64,000 bases of DNA, from NCBI GenBank assembly GCA_035221665.1, contig CM069136.1, forward strand, positions 53,506,001-53,570,000, in the 5' to 3' direction. This document shows positions 39,987 to 52,822 of the stretch, one piece after another (within the stretch, counting starts at the first letter, position 1; each line of letters starts with the position of its first letter). Under the pieces are notes generated by a model. That model had not been told where the DNA came from and ran no database searches. It saw nothing but the letters and a program-made list of their open reading frames with translations. The position numbers and the translations under genes were made by a program. Source of the DNA: Okamejei kenojei (Eukaryota).

Positions 39987-40784
39987 TCATAAGGTTTTTG
40001 GCTTCGTTAAACGCTTTTCGTTTTCTGGCAACCTCTGGGGGATAGTCTCGATAGATATGATTCTTTGTCCTTGAAACATCAGATTCTTTGTTCTCGAGGC
40101 TCTTTGCATAATGTCCTCGAGGGTGAAATCATATTGTAACTTGACAATGATTTGTCTTGGGGGGGCGTTTGTACTGGTCTGTCTTCTGCCGACTCGGTGT
40201 GCACGAGCTAAAACAGGCATATCATCCAAAGATAAAACAGCTTGCAGTAATTTAGCAGTGAATTCTCGAGTGTCTTCGTGTTTCTCTAAACCTTCAGGAA
40301 TCCCTGCAATCCTCAAGTTCTGCCTTCTTTGATAGCCTTCCAGCTGCGTGCATTTATCTGTTACTTTGGATAACAACTCCAGTAGACGTTCTTGTTCTGT
40401 TATCAGCTTTGCTGTAGACACAGTACTAGCCTCCGCTATCTTTTCAAGGTTTTTAATGCCGTCAACTTGTTGTTCGACCACTTTTGCAATAGGGTCAATC
40501 TTATGTTTAAAGTCTTTTTTAACATTTTCAAGTTTACCCTCCATCTTGCGTTCCAAGTTATTAATCATATCAATGATTTCATTCTTCAATATTTCTGATT
40601 CTTTCTTGAACTTATTATCAATTTGCGTCTTTGTATCTTTTTGAAATTCACACCATTGATTTTTCATCAAGTCCATCTGATTATTAATTTGAGATATTTC
40701 TTCCTTTATATCTTCCTGTATTACTTTCATTTCTTTCTTTATATCTTTCATTTCTGCCTTGAACTCACGTTTTAAATCAGCCAT
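39987..40784 (-). pseudogene. L1 ORF1 (coiled coil + RRM); frameshifted at both ends
   Basis: Heptad-rich N-half; LEGYQRRQNLRIAGIPEG, RAHRVG, PPRQIIVKL (Transposase_22-like motifs). Confidence 0.92.
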
Positions 40785-41158
40785 CTGATGAGAAATAAAA
40801 AATTCTCAAGTCCTCACCTCCTGTGTCTGCTTTCCTGGAAACGTCTTCCACGGAGCTGGCCCTACTCGAGTCCGAGGCTTCTCCCAGGCCTTCTCCGCTC
40901 TCGCCCGGGTTTTTTTACCCTTCGTTTTCTCGGTAGGCTCCGTGCCGTCATGATTCGTCGCAGGGCTGATGACGTCAGCCGGTACCGTCGGTGTTGAGGC
41001 GGCAGACAGTGAAAGCAGTCGATCGGTAAGTGCTTTTAAATCTGTTTAAAATCCCCGTTTTTTGCAGAATTTTTGCGGAGCTGGCTGGTGCTGTGGCTTA
41101 CTGCTCCATAGCGCCACCGGAAGTCCCTGGACCTGCATTTCTTATATGTATTTTCCAG

Positions 41159-41173
41159 TTTTGCTTCTTTGAG
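41159..41173 (+). other. Candidate 15-nt frame-preserving microexon
   Basis: ttttccAG|TTTTGCTTCTTTGAG|GTAAGA; TGC motif ~24 nt upstream of the acceptor; open in two frames (FCFFE or xFASL[R/S]). Confidence 0.4.
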
Positions 41174-41520
41174 GTAAGAAAATACTGCTTTCAAAACTAT
41201 TAGCTAGGTGCATATATGGTTCATTTGTACCAAACTGCGATGATTTTGGTGGTTTTATTGTTTTATGCTTCAGTGAGTGAGCGAGATTGTGACGATGAAT
41301 TACAACCATTTTTTATTGTTTTCGTTTTGGGGGGGGGCAGAATGAAATGAAATTTATGACCTCTAAAACTATCAATAGATAATATGAAAAGCATTTGTGG
41401 GGTTTTCACATACTATCTATGGCCATGGGCTGTGTGCACGTTTGTTGACTTCTGAATGAGTTCTGCATGTACATGTGTAAGTAAAGTTGTGTAGTACGAA
41501 ACTTATCATGAGTCTCCAGA

Positions 41521-41980
41521 CTAATCATGTCCCTTCTGATTCCCATTACATTGGGTAATTTTGATCAGTACTTGACATTCCAATTTTCTGTTATATTGAG
41601 ACGTCAGTGAAGTAGTTGGCTGGTTAGCCTTATCATAACTAGCAAGATGATTTGACAGCTCAACGATGGATGTGGGAGGCCAGCAGTTTAGTCCTTTCGA
41701 TTCTCCAAGCCACACATCTTTCCGTTCGCTTATAGGGATCGGGAATAATTTTTTTCCACATTTCAAGAGTTCCTTGTATTGATCAGCATGACGACGTTTT
41801 TCTTCACCGGCAGTCGGTAGCACAGGCTTCTTCATGTACGATGCAGCATAAGCAGGAGCAGCAAGTTCGTTTTTTCGTCCCGTCTTTTTCAACCCTCTGT
41901 CTGCTAAAAAATGTTTCAATGCTTCGACTTTCCATCACAGAAAGTCATCCTGTGTCATATCGTCGTAATTTGGGTCAGTC
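41521..41980 (-). pseudogene. SAP-like-domain ORF fragment, probably a DNA-transposon accessory gene
   Basis: (WKVEA)LKHFLADRGLKKTGRKNELAA = SAP-like motif; later W.GESKG..CWPP..I..L..HL. Confidence 0.55.
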
Positions 41981-42163
41981 ATAACCAATATGTGATTCAA
42001 AGAACAGGAAAACTCAGACCGAAAATGTACTCACATTTTGTACAGTGTTGCATTCGCTTTTTAAAAAATCCCGAATAACCTTTGCCAAATCCCATGATTC
42101 CTTACGTTTATTGAGATAGGGAACTCGCTTATTCAGCTATGACTCTATATTATTCCATCAGGC

Positions 42164-42436
42164 TTGGATAAAGTGGATGTGGAGAGGATGTTTCCATTAG
42201 TGGGAGAGTCTAGGTCTAGAGGTCATAGCCTCAGATTTAAAGGACGTTCCTTTAGGAAGATGAGGATAAATGTCTTTAGCCAGCGGGTGGTGAATCTGTG
42301 GAATTCTTTGACACACAAGGCTGTGGAGGTAGTCAGTGGATATTTTTTAAGGCAGAGATAGACAGATTTGTGATTAGTACAGGTGTCAGAGGTTATGGGG
42401 AAAAGGCGAGAGAGATGGGGTTAGGAGAGAGAGATA
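42164..42436 (+). mobile_element. CR1 3' fragment split by the Tc1 insertion (resumes 43587-43650)
   Basis: DKVDVERMFPLVGESRSRGHSL...FSQRVVNLWNSL; tail resumes attgaatggcagagtag...ttctgctcctat. Confidence 0.85.
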
Positions 42437-43586
42437 CAGTAGTCTTTCCGCCAGTCTTTCCATCACCTTTGAAAACTTTTATTGCTGTTTATCCACATGA
42501 GGACCAAAGTTGTGCCAATGAAAGTCAAAGAAGCAATTATGAGACCATGGGACAAGAATAAAACTGTTAGAAACATCAGCCAACCGTTAGGCTTACCAAA
42601 ATCAACTGTTTGGAACATCATTAAGAAGAAAGGGAGCGCTGGTTAGCTTACTAATCACAAAGGGACTGGCAGGCCAAGGAAGACCTCCACAGCTGATGAC
42701 TGAAGAATTCTCTCTACAATAAATAAAAATCCCCAAACACCTGTCTGACAGATCAGAAACATTCTTCAGAAGTCAGGTGTTTATTTGTCAATGACCACTA
42801 TGCGCAGAAGACTTCATGAACAGAAATACTTAGGCTACGCTGCAAGATGCAAACCACTGGTTGCCCGCAAAAATAGGATGGCCAGGTTACAGTTTGCCAA
42901 GAAGTACTTACAAGAGCAACCACAATTCTGGAAAAAGTTCTTGTGGACAAATGAAACGAAGATTAACATATCAGAGTGATGGCAGGAGCAAAGTATGAAG
43001 GAGAGTAGGATCAGCCCAAGATCCAAAGCATACTACCTCATCTGTGAAACACAGTGGTGGGGGTGTTAAGGTCAGGGCATGTATGGCTGCTGAAGGTACT
43101 GACTCACTTAACTTAATTGATGATACAACTGCTGATGGTAGTAGCATAATGAATTCTGAAGTGCATAGACACATCCTAACTGCTCAAACAAATGCCTCAA
43201 AACACATTGGCCGACGGTTTATTCTACAACAAGACAATGATCCCAAACATACTGCTAAAGGAACAAAGGAGTTTTTCAAAGCTAAAAAATGGTCTATTCT
43301 TGAGTGGGCAAGTCAATCACATGATCTGAACCCAATTGAGCATGTCTATTATTTGCCGATAAGAAAACTGAAGGGGACTAGCCCCCAAAACAAGCATAAG
43401 CTAAAGATGGCTACAATACAGGCCTGGCAGATCATCACCAGAGAAGACACCCAGCAACTGTTGATGGCCATGAATCACAGACTTCAAACAGTCATTGCAA
43501 TGAAAGGATATGCAACAAAATACTAAACATGACTACTTTCATTTACATGACATTGCTGTGTCCCAAACATTATGGTGCCCTGAAAT
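42437..43586 (+). mobile_element. Tc1-family DNA transposon (defective)
   Basis: TA|CAGT left end; HTH (GLPKSTVWNIIKK, GRPRKTS); WTNETK, QQDNDPKH, DLNPIEH (DD34E-type, first D mutated); right TIR incomplete. Confidence 0.92.
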
Positions 43587-43849
43587 GATTGAATGGCAGA
43601 GTAGAAATGATGGGCCGAATGGCCTCATTCTGCTCCTATTTCTTATGACCTCTTTAAGTCGAGTGTTCAAGGATGGATTATATTGTTATTAGTATAAACA
43701 GCAATGTATTATGACTTCTGAGCCAGGAGGATTTGAATAACAGTGGACGGTGCTGTTATTGGACGAAGATGATGAGCAAGTAGTTGGACTAAGTTTATAT
43801 AATTCCATGACAGGAATCCTCATGTTATTACCAACATTTACCAAATCAA

Positions 43850-45735
43850 CAAAGATTCAAGAGAGTTTATTGTCCCAGATGGAACAATGAAATTCTCTCT
43901 TTGCATCAGCACAACAGAATATAGTAGGCATGAATGGAAGGGCTGAATGGCCTACTCCTGCACCTAATTTCTAGAACAGATCAGTTCAGTAATAATGGGC
44001 TATTAATGTTCAGTGTTTTGTTTGAGTTGAGTTTAATAGCCTGATGGCTGTGGGGAAGTAGCTATTCCTGAACCAGGACGTTGCAGTCTTCAGGCTCCTG
44101 TACCTTCTACCTGAAGGTAGCAGGGAGATGATTGTGTGGGCAGGATGGTGTGGGTCCTTGATGATGCTGCCAGCCTTTTTGATGCAGCGACTGTGGTAGA
44201 TCCCCTCCATGGTAGGGAGGTCAGAGCTGATGATGGACTGGGCAGTGTTACTACTTTTTGTAGTCTTTTCCGCTCCTGGGCACTCAAGTTGCCGAGCAAA
44301 GCCACGATGCAACCGGTCAGCTTGCTTTCAACTGTGCACCTGTAGAAGTTAGAGAGAGTCCTCCTTGACAAACTGACTCTCCATAATCTTCTCAGGATGT
44401 AGAGGCGCTGATGTGCTCTTTATAATTGCATCAGTGTTCTTGGACCAGGAGATATCTTCGGAGATGCGCACGCCCAGGAATTTGAAACTCTTGACACTTT
44501 CCACCATCGACCCGTTGATATAAACGGGACTGTGGGTCCCCATCCTACCCCTTCCAAAGTCTACAATCAGTTCCTTGGTTTTGCTCGTGTTGAGGGCCAG
44601 GTTATTGTGCTGGCACCATTTGGTCAGTCGGCCGATCTCTCTTCTATACGCAGACTCGTCCCCATCAGTGATACGTCAGTCAGCGAACTTGATGATGGAG
44701 TTCGCACTATGACCGGCTACGCAGTCATGAGTATAGAGTGAGTACAGCGGGGGGCTGAGCACACAGACTTGAGGTGCTCCCGTGCTGATTGTTATCGAGG
44801 CTGACACATTTCCACCAATACGAACAGTCTGTGGTCCGTGAATTGGAAGTCGAGGATCCAATTGCAGAGGAATGTGCAGAGACCCAGTTCTACGAGTTTG
44901 GTAACCAGCTTGGAGGGGATGATTGTATTAAATGCCGAGCTGTAATCGATGAATAACAGCCTGACATATGAGTTTCTGTTGTCCAAGTGGTCCAGAGCGG
45001 AGTGGAGAGCCAGCGAGATCGCATCCACCGTTGATCTGTTGTGGCGGCAGGCGAACTGCATTGGGTCCAGGTTTTTTTCGAGGTAGGAGTTGATTTGCGC
45101 CATGACCAACCTCTCAAAACACTTCATCACCACCGATGTTAGTGCCACTGGTCGATAGTCATTGAGGCACGTCACCTTGCTCTTCTTGGGCACCGGTATA
45201 ATTGATGCTCTTTTAAAGCAGGTGGGAACCTCAGACCTCAGAAGTGAGAGCTTGACAATGTCCGTAAAAACTCCAGCAGGTTGGTCCGCACAGGATTTTA
45301 GAACACGGCCGGGTATACCATCAGGTCCAGGCACTGTTCGAGGATTCACCCCTCTGAAGGATTTTCTGATGTCTGCCTCTTTGACTGTGACTGAAATACC
45401 ATCACTGCGAATAGGGGCTTGAGAAGGCACATCAGTGTTCTCCCTATTAAAGCGTGCGTAAAACGCATTGAGTTTGTCAGGGAGTGATGCTACGCCGACA
45501 TACGAACTACCTCCTGGTTTCGCCTTGTAGGAGGTAATTGCGTTCAGGCCCCGCCACAGCTGCCGACCATCTGTCTCATCCTCCAGCTAGGAGCAGAGGT
45601 CCCTTTTGGCCTTTTTGATGGCCTTACCAAGGTCGTATCTGGACTTCTTGTAGACCACTGTAAGATCAGACATCATTGCCCGGTGTCTGGTCTTCAGAAG
45701 AGTGCGGATCTCAAAGTTCATCCATGGCTTCTGAA
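43850..45735 (-). mobile_element. Rex1/Babar LINE, 5'-truncated (RT + 3' end)
   Basis: PGPDGIPGRVLK, PVPKKSKVTCLNDYRPVALT, FIDYSSAFNTI, IKFAD(D), LLPSGRRYRS; gacaataaa + (ctcttga) tail. Confidence 0.93.
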
Positions 45736-45789
45736 ACTAAAAGTGCCAAAACCAGATTGTTTACTGATTCATCTGTTTTAATAATCTTG

Positions 45790-46262
45790 TGATACAGAAA
45801 AGATTTACGAGGATGTTGCCAAGACTCGAGGGTCTGAGCTATAAGAAGAGGATGAGTAGGCTTGGACTCTATTCCCTGGAGCACAGGAGGATGAGGGGAT
45901 GATTCTAATAGAGGTGTATCAAATCATGAGAGGAAAAGATTGGGTAGATGTACAGAGTCTCTTGCCATCAGTAGGGGAATTGAGAACCTGAGGACATACG
46001 TTTAAGGTGAAGGGGAAAAAAATTAATAGGAATCTGAGATGTAAAGGATGGTGAGTGAATGAACGATCTGCCAGAGGAGGTAGTTGAAGCAGGGACTATT
46101 GCAACTTTTAAGACAATTGGACAGTACATGGATAGGACAGGTTTAGAGAGATGTGAGCCAAACGCAGGCAGGTGGGACTAGTGTAGGTGGGACATGTTGG
46201 TTGGTGTGGGCAAGTTGGGCCGAAGAGCCTGTTTCCACACTGTATGACTCCATGACCCTATG
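45790..46262 (+). mobile_element. CR1 3' fragment
   Basis: agatttacgaggatgttgcc...(atgactcc) tail, similar to 7790-8366. Confidence 0.85.
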
Positions 46263-47134
46263 AACGTAAGCTGTTTAACAATGGTGAATGTGATTCCAAA
46301 ATAATTCAATGGTTGCAAAGTTCCTTCGGATATGCTGAAGGTGTGATAATATTTTATAAATCAGCTAACTTCTGAACTTGGTGAAACAGCTCTAACAATA
46401 CAATTAGTAATTTTAAAACAGTTTAATGTACTTAAACGTTTAGTATCTGTGCGCTTGATTGCTTTGCTGTATTCCTCTGCAGCAGACCTGACCACTGACT
46501 AAATGTAAAATCTAATCTTGGCATGAAGATCTGCATGAACCAAATGTGCTTGTAACTCTGTTAATTGAAACAAGGCAGGTAATTCTAATAAAGCCTCCTG
46601 TATGAAAAACTAGCAGGATTACATCTATTGCCAATTTTACATCTCACCCCACCTGATTTTATTTTCTATTGAAAAGGTTGATAAACAAAACTGTGAACAC
46701 AGTAGTTTATTGTTCTTGTTTCAGTCGATCTGTGCAAAGAAGCAATTGACCTGATCTGATCGGGTTTCCATGGGGACCAACATGTAAAATTATCCCTGAA
46801 ATAAGTCTCTCCGATTAAAATATTTACTGATCCGGGGCTCCTGCATCAGATAGTTGTAAAAGACAGTAACTTTGACTTTTCAGAATCGGAGATGCTGGTG
46901 AATTTAGGAAACAACATTTTCTAATAAATTTGTAATGGACCCTTTTGAACAAAGCTTCATAGTCAATACATACCTTGTGATTTTTGTGTTACCTCTCAAT
47001 TGCGTTTTCATTGAAGATGATTTTTAACCATGGAGTTTTACCAGCAAAGATAAACAACACATCGACCGTGGTGTATAGACAGTACTGTGGATTTCACATG
47101 AAAGGCCATCTACTTTACTTTCTGAAAGGACTTT

Positions 47135-47740
47135 ATTGAGTCAAACAACATGGAAACAGGCCCTTCAGCTGAACTCCTCCATGCCGACCGAGATGCCCGA
47201 ACTAAGCTAGTTTGCCGGCATTTGACCCTTTTTATTTTACTTTTTGAGTTATCAGACTAATTATATTGCTGTTGGTATGCTGCCTGAATTTGAGGTTGTT
47301 GGCTTTATAGAGAGGTTGGACAAACATGGAGAGTTTTCTCTGGAGCATTGGAGGCTGAAGGGAGATCTAATGAAGTTTATAAAATTATGAGAGGAACTGT
47401 TAAAGTTGACAACCAAAACCTTTTCTCCAGGGTGAAAATGTCAAATACCTGAGGGTTACAGCTTTCAGACGAGATGGGGAAAGAATGCAGGAGATGTGCG
47501 GGGCAGACCACAGAGAGTGGTGGGGGCTTGGAAAGCTATGGGTAGTGGTGCAAATAGAATGATAGTTGCAATTAAGACCCTTTTGGATAGGCACATGAAT
47601 GTGAATGGCGAGATATGGATCATGCAGAAGCAGAAAGGATTAATTTAATTTAATTTGGATTAGTTTAATTTGTCATCATATTTGTTACAGACATCATGGG
47701 CTAAAGGTGCTGCTCCTATGCTGTATTATTACGTGTTCTT
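47135..47740. mobile_element. Two old CR1 3' fragments (47135-47230 minus; 47280-47740 plus)
   Basis: atggaaacaggcccttc tail; tctctggagcattggaggctgaagggagatctaatgaagtttataaaattatgagagg. Confidence 0.65.
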
Positions 47741-47791
47741 GGAAAATGTATGTATTCTATGTACATCTCTTCATTGTTGAAATATTGCTGC

Positions 47792-48092
47792 TTTAGTTTA
47801 GTCTAGAGATACAGCGTGGAAACTGGTCCATCAGCCCACAGAGTCCACGCTGATCACCAAACACCCGTACAATCGCTCTATCCTACACACAAGGGGCAAT
47901 TTACAGAAGCCAATCAACCTACAAACCTGCATGTCTTTGGAATGTGGGAGGAAACCGGAGCACCCGGAGAAAATCCATGTGGTCACAGGGAGAACATACA
48001 AACTCCGTACAGACAGCACCTGTAGTCAGGAACGAATCTGGGTCTCTGGCACGATATGGCAGCAGTTTTACTGCTACATCACTATGCTGCAC
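47792..48092 (-). mobile_element. HE1-like SINE
   Basis: (tttag) tail, gaatgtgggaggaaaccggagcacccggagaaaa body. Confidence 0.85.
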
Positions 48093-50279
48093 CGAACAAT
48101 TTATTTACAATGGTTACAAGGTTTAGCTTTAATGTTATTCAGAGGTAAGGATGTGTCCTGTTCAATAATATGCAGAAATGTGTTGAACAGTACAATAAAG
48201 GAAAGTCAAGGAATTAAGTGCAAAGCTCATGAAAGCTCTCCCACTCCCACTCCCACTCTCTTTCTCTCAACACAGATCACTACATGCCAAAGAATAACCT
48301 TTAAGCATTCCCTCTAAGTGTATTTGCATGTTGGATGCCACTGCATCAGTCCAAGCATTAATGTTCAATGACAGAAAATGCCTTGTATTTGGAGCATTTT
48401 CAAACGTTGATGCAAACATTCCCTCAAAGAAAACATCCATTTGTCTCTTGTGCATCACAAATTAACATGCCTATCCAGGTGTCATTTCATTTTTGCTCCA
48501 CATAGTCAGATTCAGCTTCTTTCACACCATAACTGCCAGACAGCATCATCACTGAACACTTAATGAGTGCAAAACAGCCATGCATAATAAGAACAAATAA
48601 CTGAGTGCAATCTTTCACCTATTCCAAGAGCAAAAGTCACCTTGCATCAACATCTTACAAATTCACCTTTTTCTTTAACAGTGCTTCCATGAGATGTGAC
48701 CTTGGGACCAGCTTCCTCTCGCACTACTGTGCCGTACCTTGGGACAATTTTCTATATAAAGGACATTGTGTGAAATATCTGTTGACCTGAATGCTGCAGT
48801 TGAAATGACAGTGAGTCACACAGCAGATTCCAGTGACCAGACATAAAGGTATGCAATTAAATGAAGCAATGGTTTGCTTCCTGAGCTGCCTTGTTCTTCC
48901 TGAAGCTGCACTTCACCAGTCCCTTATAATGGGACTCATCTTTGAAACATAATGAACAACTTGAACTTACTCTGCTTTATTACAGAGACATTAAAGAATT
49001 AGAGTCAGATCATCCCAATACACATTTTTAATTGGGTTAGAAATTCTAATGATTACCAAAAATACACCAGCACTGAAAAGTGTGGATTTTCATTTGGTTA
49101 ACTTTTAATAAACATTGGAGATTTTTTTTTAAATATAGAAAAATTGCCTTTTTAAACATTGCCTTTTATTAAAATCTCCATCTCTTTCTTAATCCGATGA
49201 TGTGTTCCCTGCACTGATGGTTTTGCATATTGCTTAGAGAGATATGCGCAAAATGGGGCTTGCTTAGATAGAGCACCTTAGTCTGTCGGCATGGATGAGT
49301 TAAGCTGAAGGGCCTGTGCTGTATAACCATATGCTTCATATCCCTCCATATACATGTGCCTATCTAAAAACCTTGTAACTGACACCACCTAATGCCTCCA
49401 CCACCACCCCTGGCAGTGTGATCCAGGTACCTACTACCTTTGTGTTGAAAAACTTGAGAGACACATCTCATTTAAACATTGCCCTTTTCACCTCAGAGCT
49501 GTGCTGTTGTCTGATAATGGACCAATGGATTGCCTATCTAAAATGGCGCTCATCATTATATTTATTTAACTTAAACTTTCTTCCTGACAGTGTTAATGAC
49601 AGATGCAAGGGGAACCCTTGAATGTAAACCATTTGTTTATTTCTGTCCAAATTAGCTTTATAAATTCGCTTTAATGATGATATATAGGTGTATGATCTCT
49701 TTCAGTTTGTGACAGAAAAATGATGAATGTGTAAATTTGCATTCTATGTGGGCTGGAACATCAATATCTTTGTGGAAGTAAACTGGGAGTTTGCTTAATT
49801 TATTAGTTCTCATTATAGGAGCCTTGTGGAAGCCAAGTTCCCACCTGCAATTGATCTGACATTTGTGTTACACACATCAATCTACCAGATGTTAAATCTG
49901 CTTATTTTTATTTTTAAAAGTTACTGCAACTGTCAATTGTTATACGTGAATGTAAATATGGTAACCTTTTAATACAGCAGGCATTTGAAGCATCATTCAA
50001 AGTGCCTAAATTGACATCTTCTAGATTGATATTTATTTGGAAGTAGGCATATAGCCCCTTTGTTGCTTCTTCCATTTCATTACACCATGGATAATTTGCA
50101 TCTCAGCTCAAATTACCAAATGTTATTCCTTCCTCAATATTTTTTTTCAGATGAGAGGTGATTCACTGATTACATTTCCAAATGATTAGGCTGCAAGAAT
50201 AAAATGTCTGCTCTGTTTTTCACGACTCCCTGCATCCACCCACCCCTTCGCCGTAAGAAATTATTTCTGAGCATCATAA

Positions 50280-50615
50280 GAGTAATAGGATGGGTAAATG
50301 TACAGAGTCTTTACCCAGAGTAGGGGAATCAAAAACCAGAGGACATAGAGTTAAGTTTAATAGGAACCTGAGATGCATCTATTTGACACAAAGGGTTGTG
50401 GGTACATGGAACGAGCTGTCGGAGGGGATAATTGAGACAGGCACTATCACAACATTAAAAAATATATATTTGGACGGGTACATGAGAAGCATGGGTTTGA
50501 TGGGATATGAGTCAAGCACAGGCAAGTTGGATTAGCGTAGATGGGACATGTTGGTCAGGATGGGTAGGTTGGGCTGAAGGGCCTGTTTCCATGGTGCATG
50601 CCTCTACAACTATGG
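50280..50615 (+). mobile_element. CR1 3' fragment
   Basis: SLPRVGESKTRGH...TQRVVGTWNEL; gggctgaagggcctgtttcc. Confidence 0.8.
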
Positions 50616-52269
50616 CTCCGTCTGCACCTCCAAACCCCATTTTATAAAATAACGCGTTGAATCACCCTTGAACATTCCAAATCCAAGTGTTTAAATAACA
50701 AATTTACACACAGTCATCATAAATAAACTATTTAAATCATGAAAGAATTTTGATGAATCTGCACTCTATGCATAATTTAACTTTCTAGAGGCTAGATCAG
50801 TTCAGTATTTCTGAAACTGAAGCAGAACGTAATCACTTTTGTATTACAAACCTCTTGAGAATCATCAATTGGGCGACGAGGCGTCGGATAAAATGATCAA
50901 ACCTGCCATTAAATTAGAGCTTCAATGATTTTTGTATTTTGTACCATTCTTCCACCAACATGCACAGGAAACAATTTGGGTGATTATAAGACTGTATCAA
51001 AAGCTGTTTTGTAATGAAATTCTATTTGCTTTAATTTGGCATCCTGAGTTTTTATCGTCCCTGAAGTATTTTGATGTTTTTCAGAGGCCAGATTTTTGGC
51101 TCCACATTTATTTTGAGAGTCAGATGTCTTGATATCAGACGCTGAAAAGATGGGCAGCAGAACATTTTCTTTGGAAAAGTGTGATTCTGCTCCTTTAGAT
51201 TGTACCTGTGGTATTGATTTGATTTTAAAATTAATGTGCAGTCAAGGTTGTATAGCTTTTTCACTTTGCTATAAAGCTGTGAAAGGCAGAGCATATTGCG
51301 AGCACCAGCCAAAAATTGCTTGTGAGTTTTCAAAAGAAATGATGCAAATAGCCAATACCTTTCATCCAGTTAGCTTTGAATGATGGCATGTGAGGCACTG
51401 GGACTTTTTAAAGTTTTGAAACTTTTTTTATCTTCCAACTAGGTTTTGTGCTAATTATTTTAGTAGTGTAGGAAATGTATATTGGTGCATCTGCAGAATA
51501 ACTATAAACAGCATAAAAATAAAAATAAAAATAAATCAACTGGGATTAATGTAGGAATAATATGAATGTGTGGTTGATGACGAGTGTGAATTTGGTGACA
51601 CCATTTTCATGCTGTATGTTTGATTCTACATTTACCATGTACATGGTGAGCAAACATGTAATATTTATGAATTATGCTTCTGAAAATTCATTCCAAAACA
51701 TTAATGGGACCATGCTTTGGCAGAAGATTTGAACAAGCAAGTAGTATAGTATTGCATGCTTATGGTATGTGAATGGGGATGAATGTCTTTGTGCTCCACC
51801 TTAACAAAACGGTTTTCCCAATATTGCCCCTTTAAGCAGTGGCATAGGTTTGCCTATTTTATTCTGGTTGTTGCAATTGGATTAATGCCCTGGAGTTTAT
51901 TCTATGTTTACCTTCAGAGAAGTATCAAGGGCATTTAATGAGGGCATCCATGGGGACCAATGCATTAGGTAGAAGTGACTGTTAAACTTATATAAAGTTT
52001 AATGTCACTGAAAATTATTGAATGTCATTAGAGTGGAATTGAATGAGCTGAAGAAACAGAGATATGGAACTAATTTTTTGGTTGAAGAGGAATATTTTGA
52101 GATTTTATTTTTGACAACCGGTGTGATTTAACTCTTCCTGCCAAGTAATCAAACGGGTTAGATAAGCATGAAAACAGGGCTTTCAGCTTCTGATAGTAAT
52201 TTGCAGTATTGTTCTGTAATTTCCAATTTTCAAAAATAACAGCAAAGTCTACTATTTAACATACAAACA

Positions 52270-52822
52270 AAAACAAGACAAGTGCATGAGGAACTCAACG
52301 AGTCAGGCAGCATCTGCGTTGGGAATCAATAGGCGGCATTTCGGGTTGAGAGTCTTTTTCTGACTCGGTCTTGACTCGGTCTAAAGAGAGATCCTAATTC
52401 AAAACTCTCCATTAATCCACAGATGCTGGCGATACAAATAACTACAGATGCTAGCTCGTGAAAAAAGACACAAAGTGCTGGAGTAACTCAACGGGTCGGG
52501 CAACGTCTCTGAAGAACATGGATAGGTAATGTTTCAGATCAGAACCCTTCAGTTGTGATGGATGGGGGGAAGAAAGGTGGATGAGAGGAGGGGCAAGACA
52601 AAGCCTGGCAAGTGATCAGTGGATACAGGTGAGGGGGGGAAATCACACCCCTCTCACTGATATCCACCGACCACTCACCAGTCTTTGTGCTGTCCCACCT
52701 CTTTTCTTGCTTCACCCCCCTCCCCCACCACAAACCGTCTGAAGAAGCTGCTGCCTGACCCGTTGAGTTACTCCAGCAATTTGCCTTTTGCTCAAGATTA
52801 CAACATCTGCAGTTCCTTGTGA
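52270..52822. repeat. Cluster of Penelope-tail-derived inverted repeats
   Basis: actacagatgct...gctggagtaactcaacgggtc / gacccgttgagttactccagc...acatctgcagtt arms with an internal inverted purine/pyrimidine tract. Confidence 0.65.

Larger units (their letters stand above)
34496..41127 (-). mobile_element. Full-length L1-clade LINE (~6.6 kb)
   Basis: 18-bp perfect TSD tggacctgcatttcttat (34478-34495 / 41128-41145); poly(A) 34496-34514; 5' end GGGACTTCCGGTGGCGC; CpG-rich 5' UTR; ORF1 and ORF2 remnants. Confidence 0.97.

Noticed and set aside
48127-48150. Possible short exon ending at agag|gtaagg
   Set aside because: No convincing polypyrimidine tract or acceptor; chance occurrence likely
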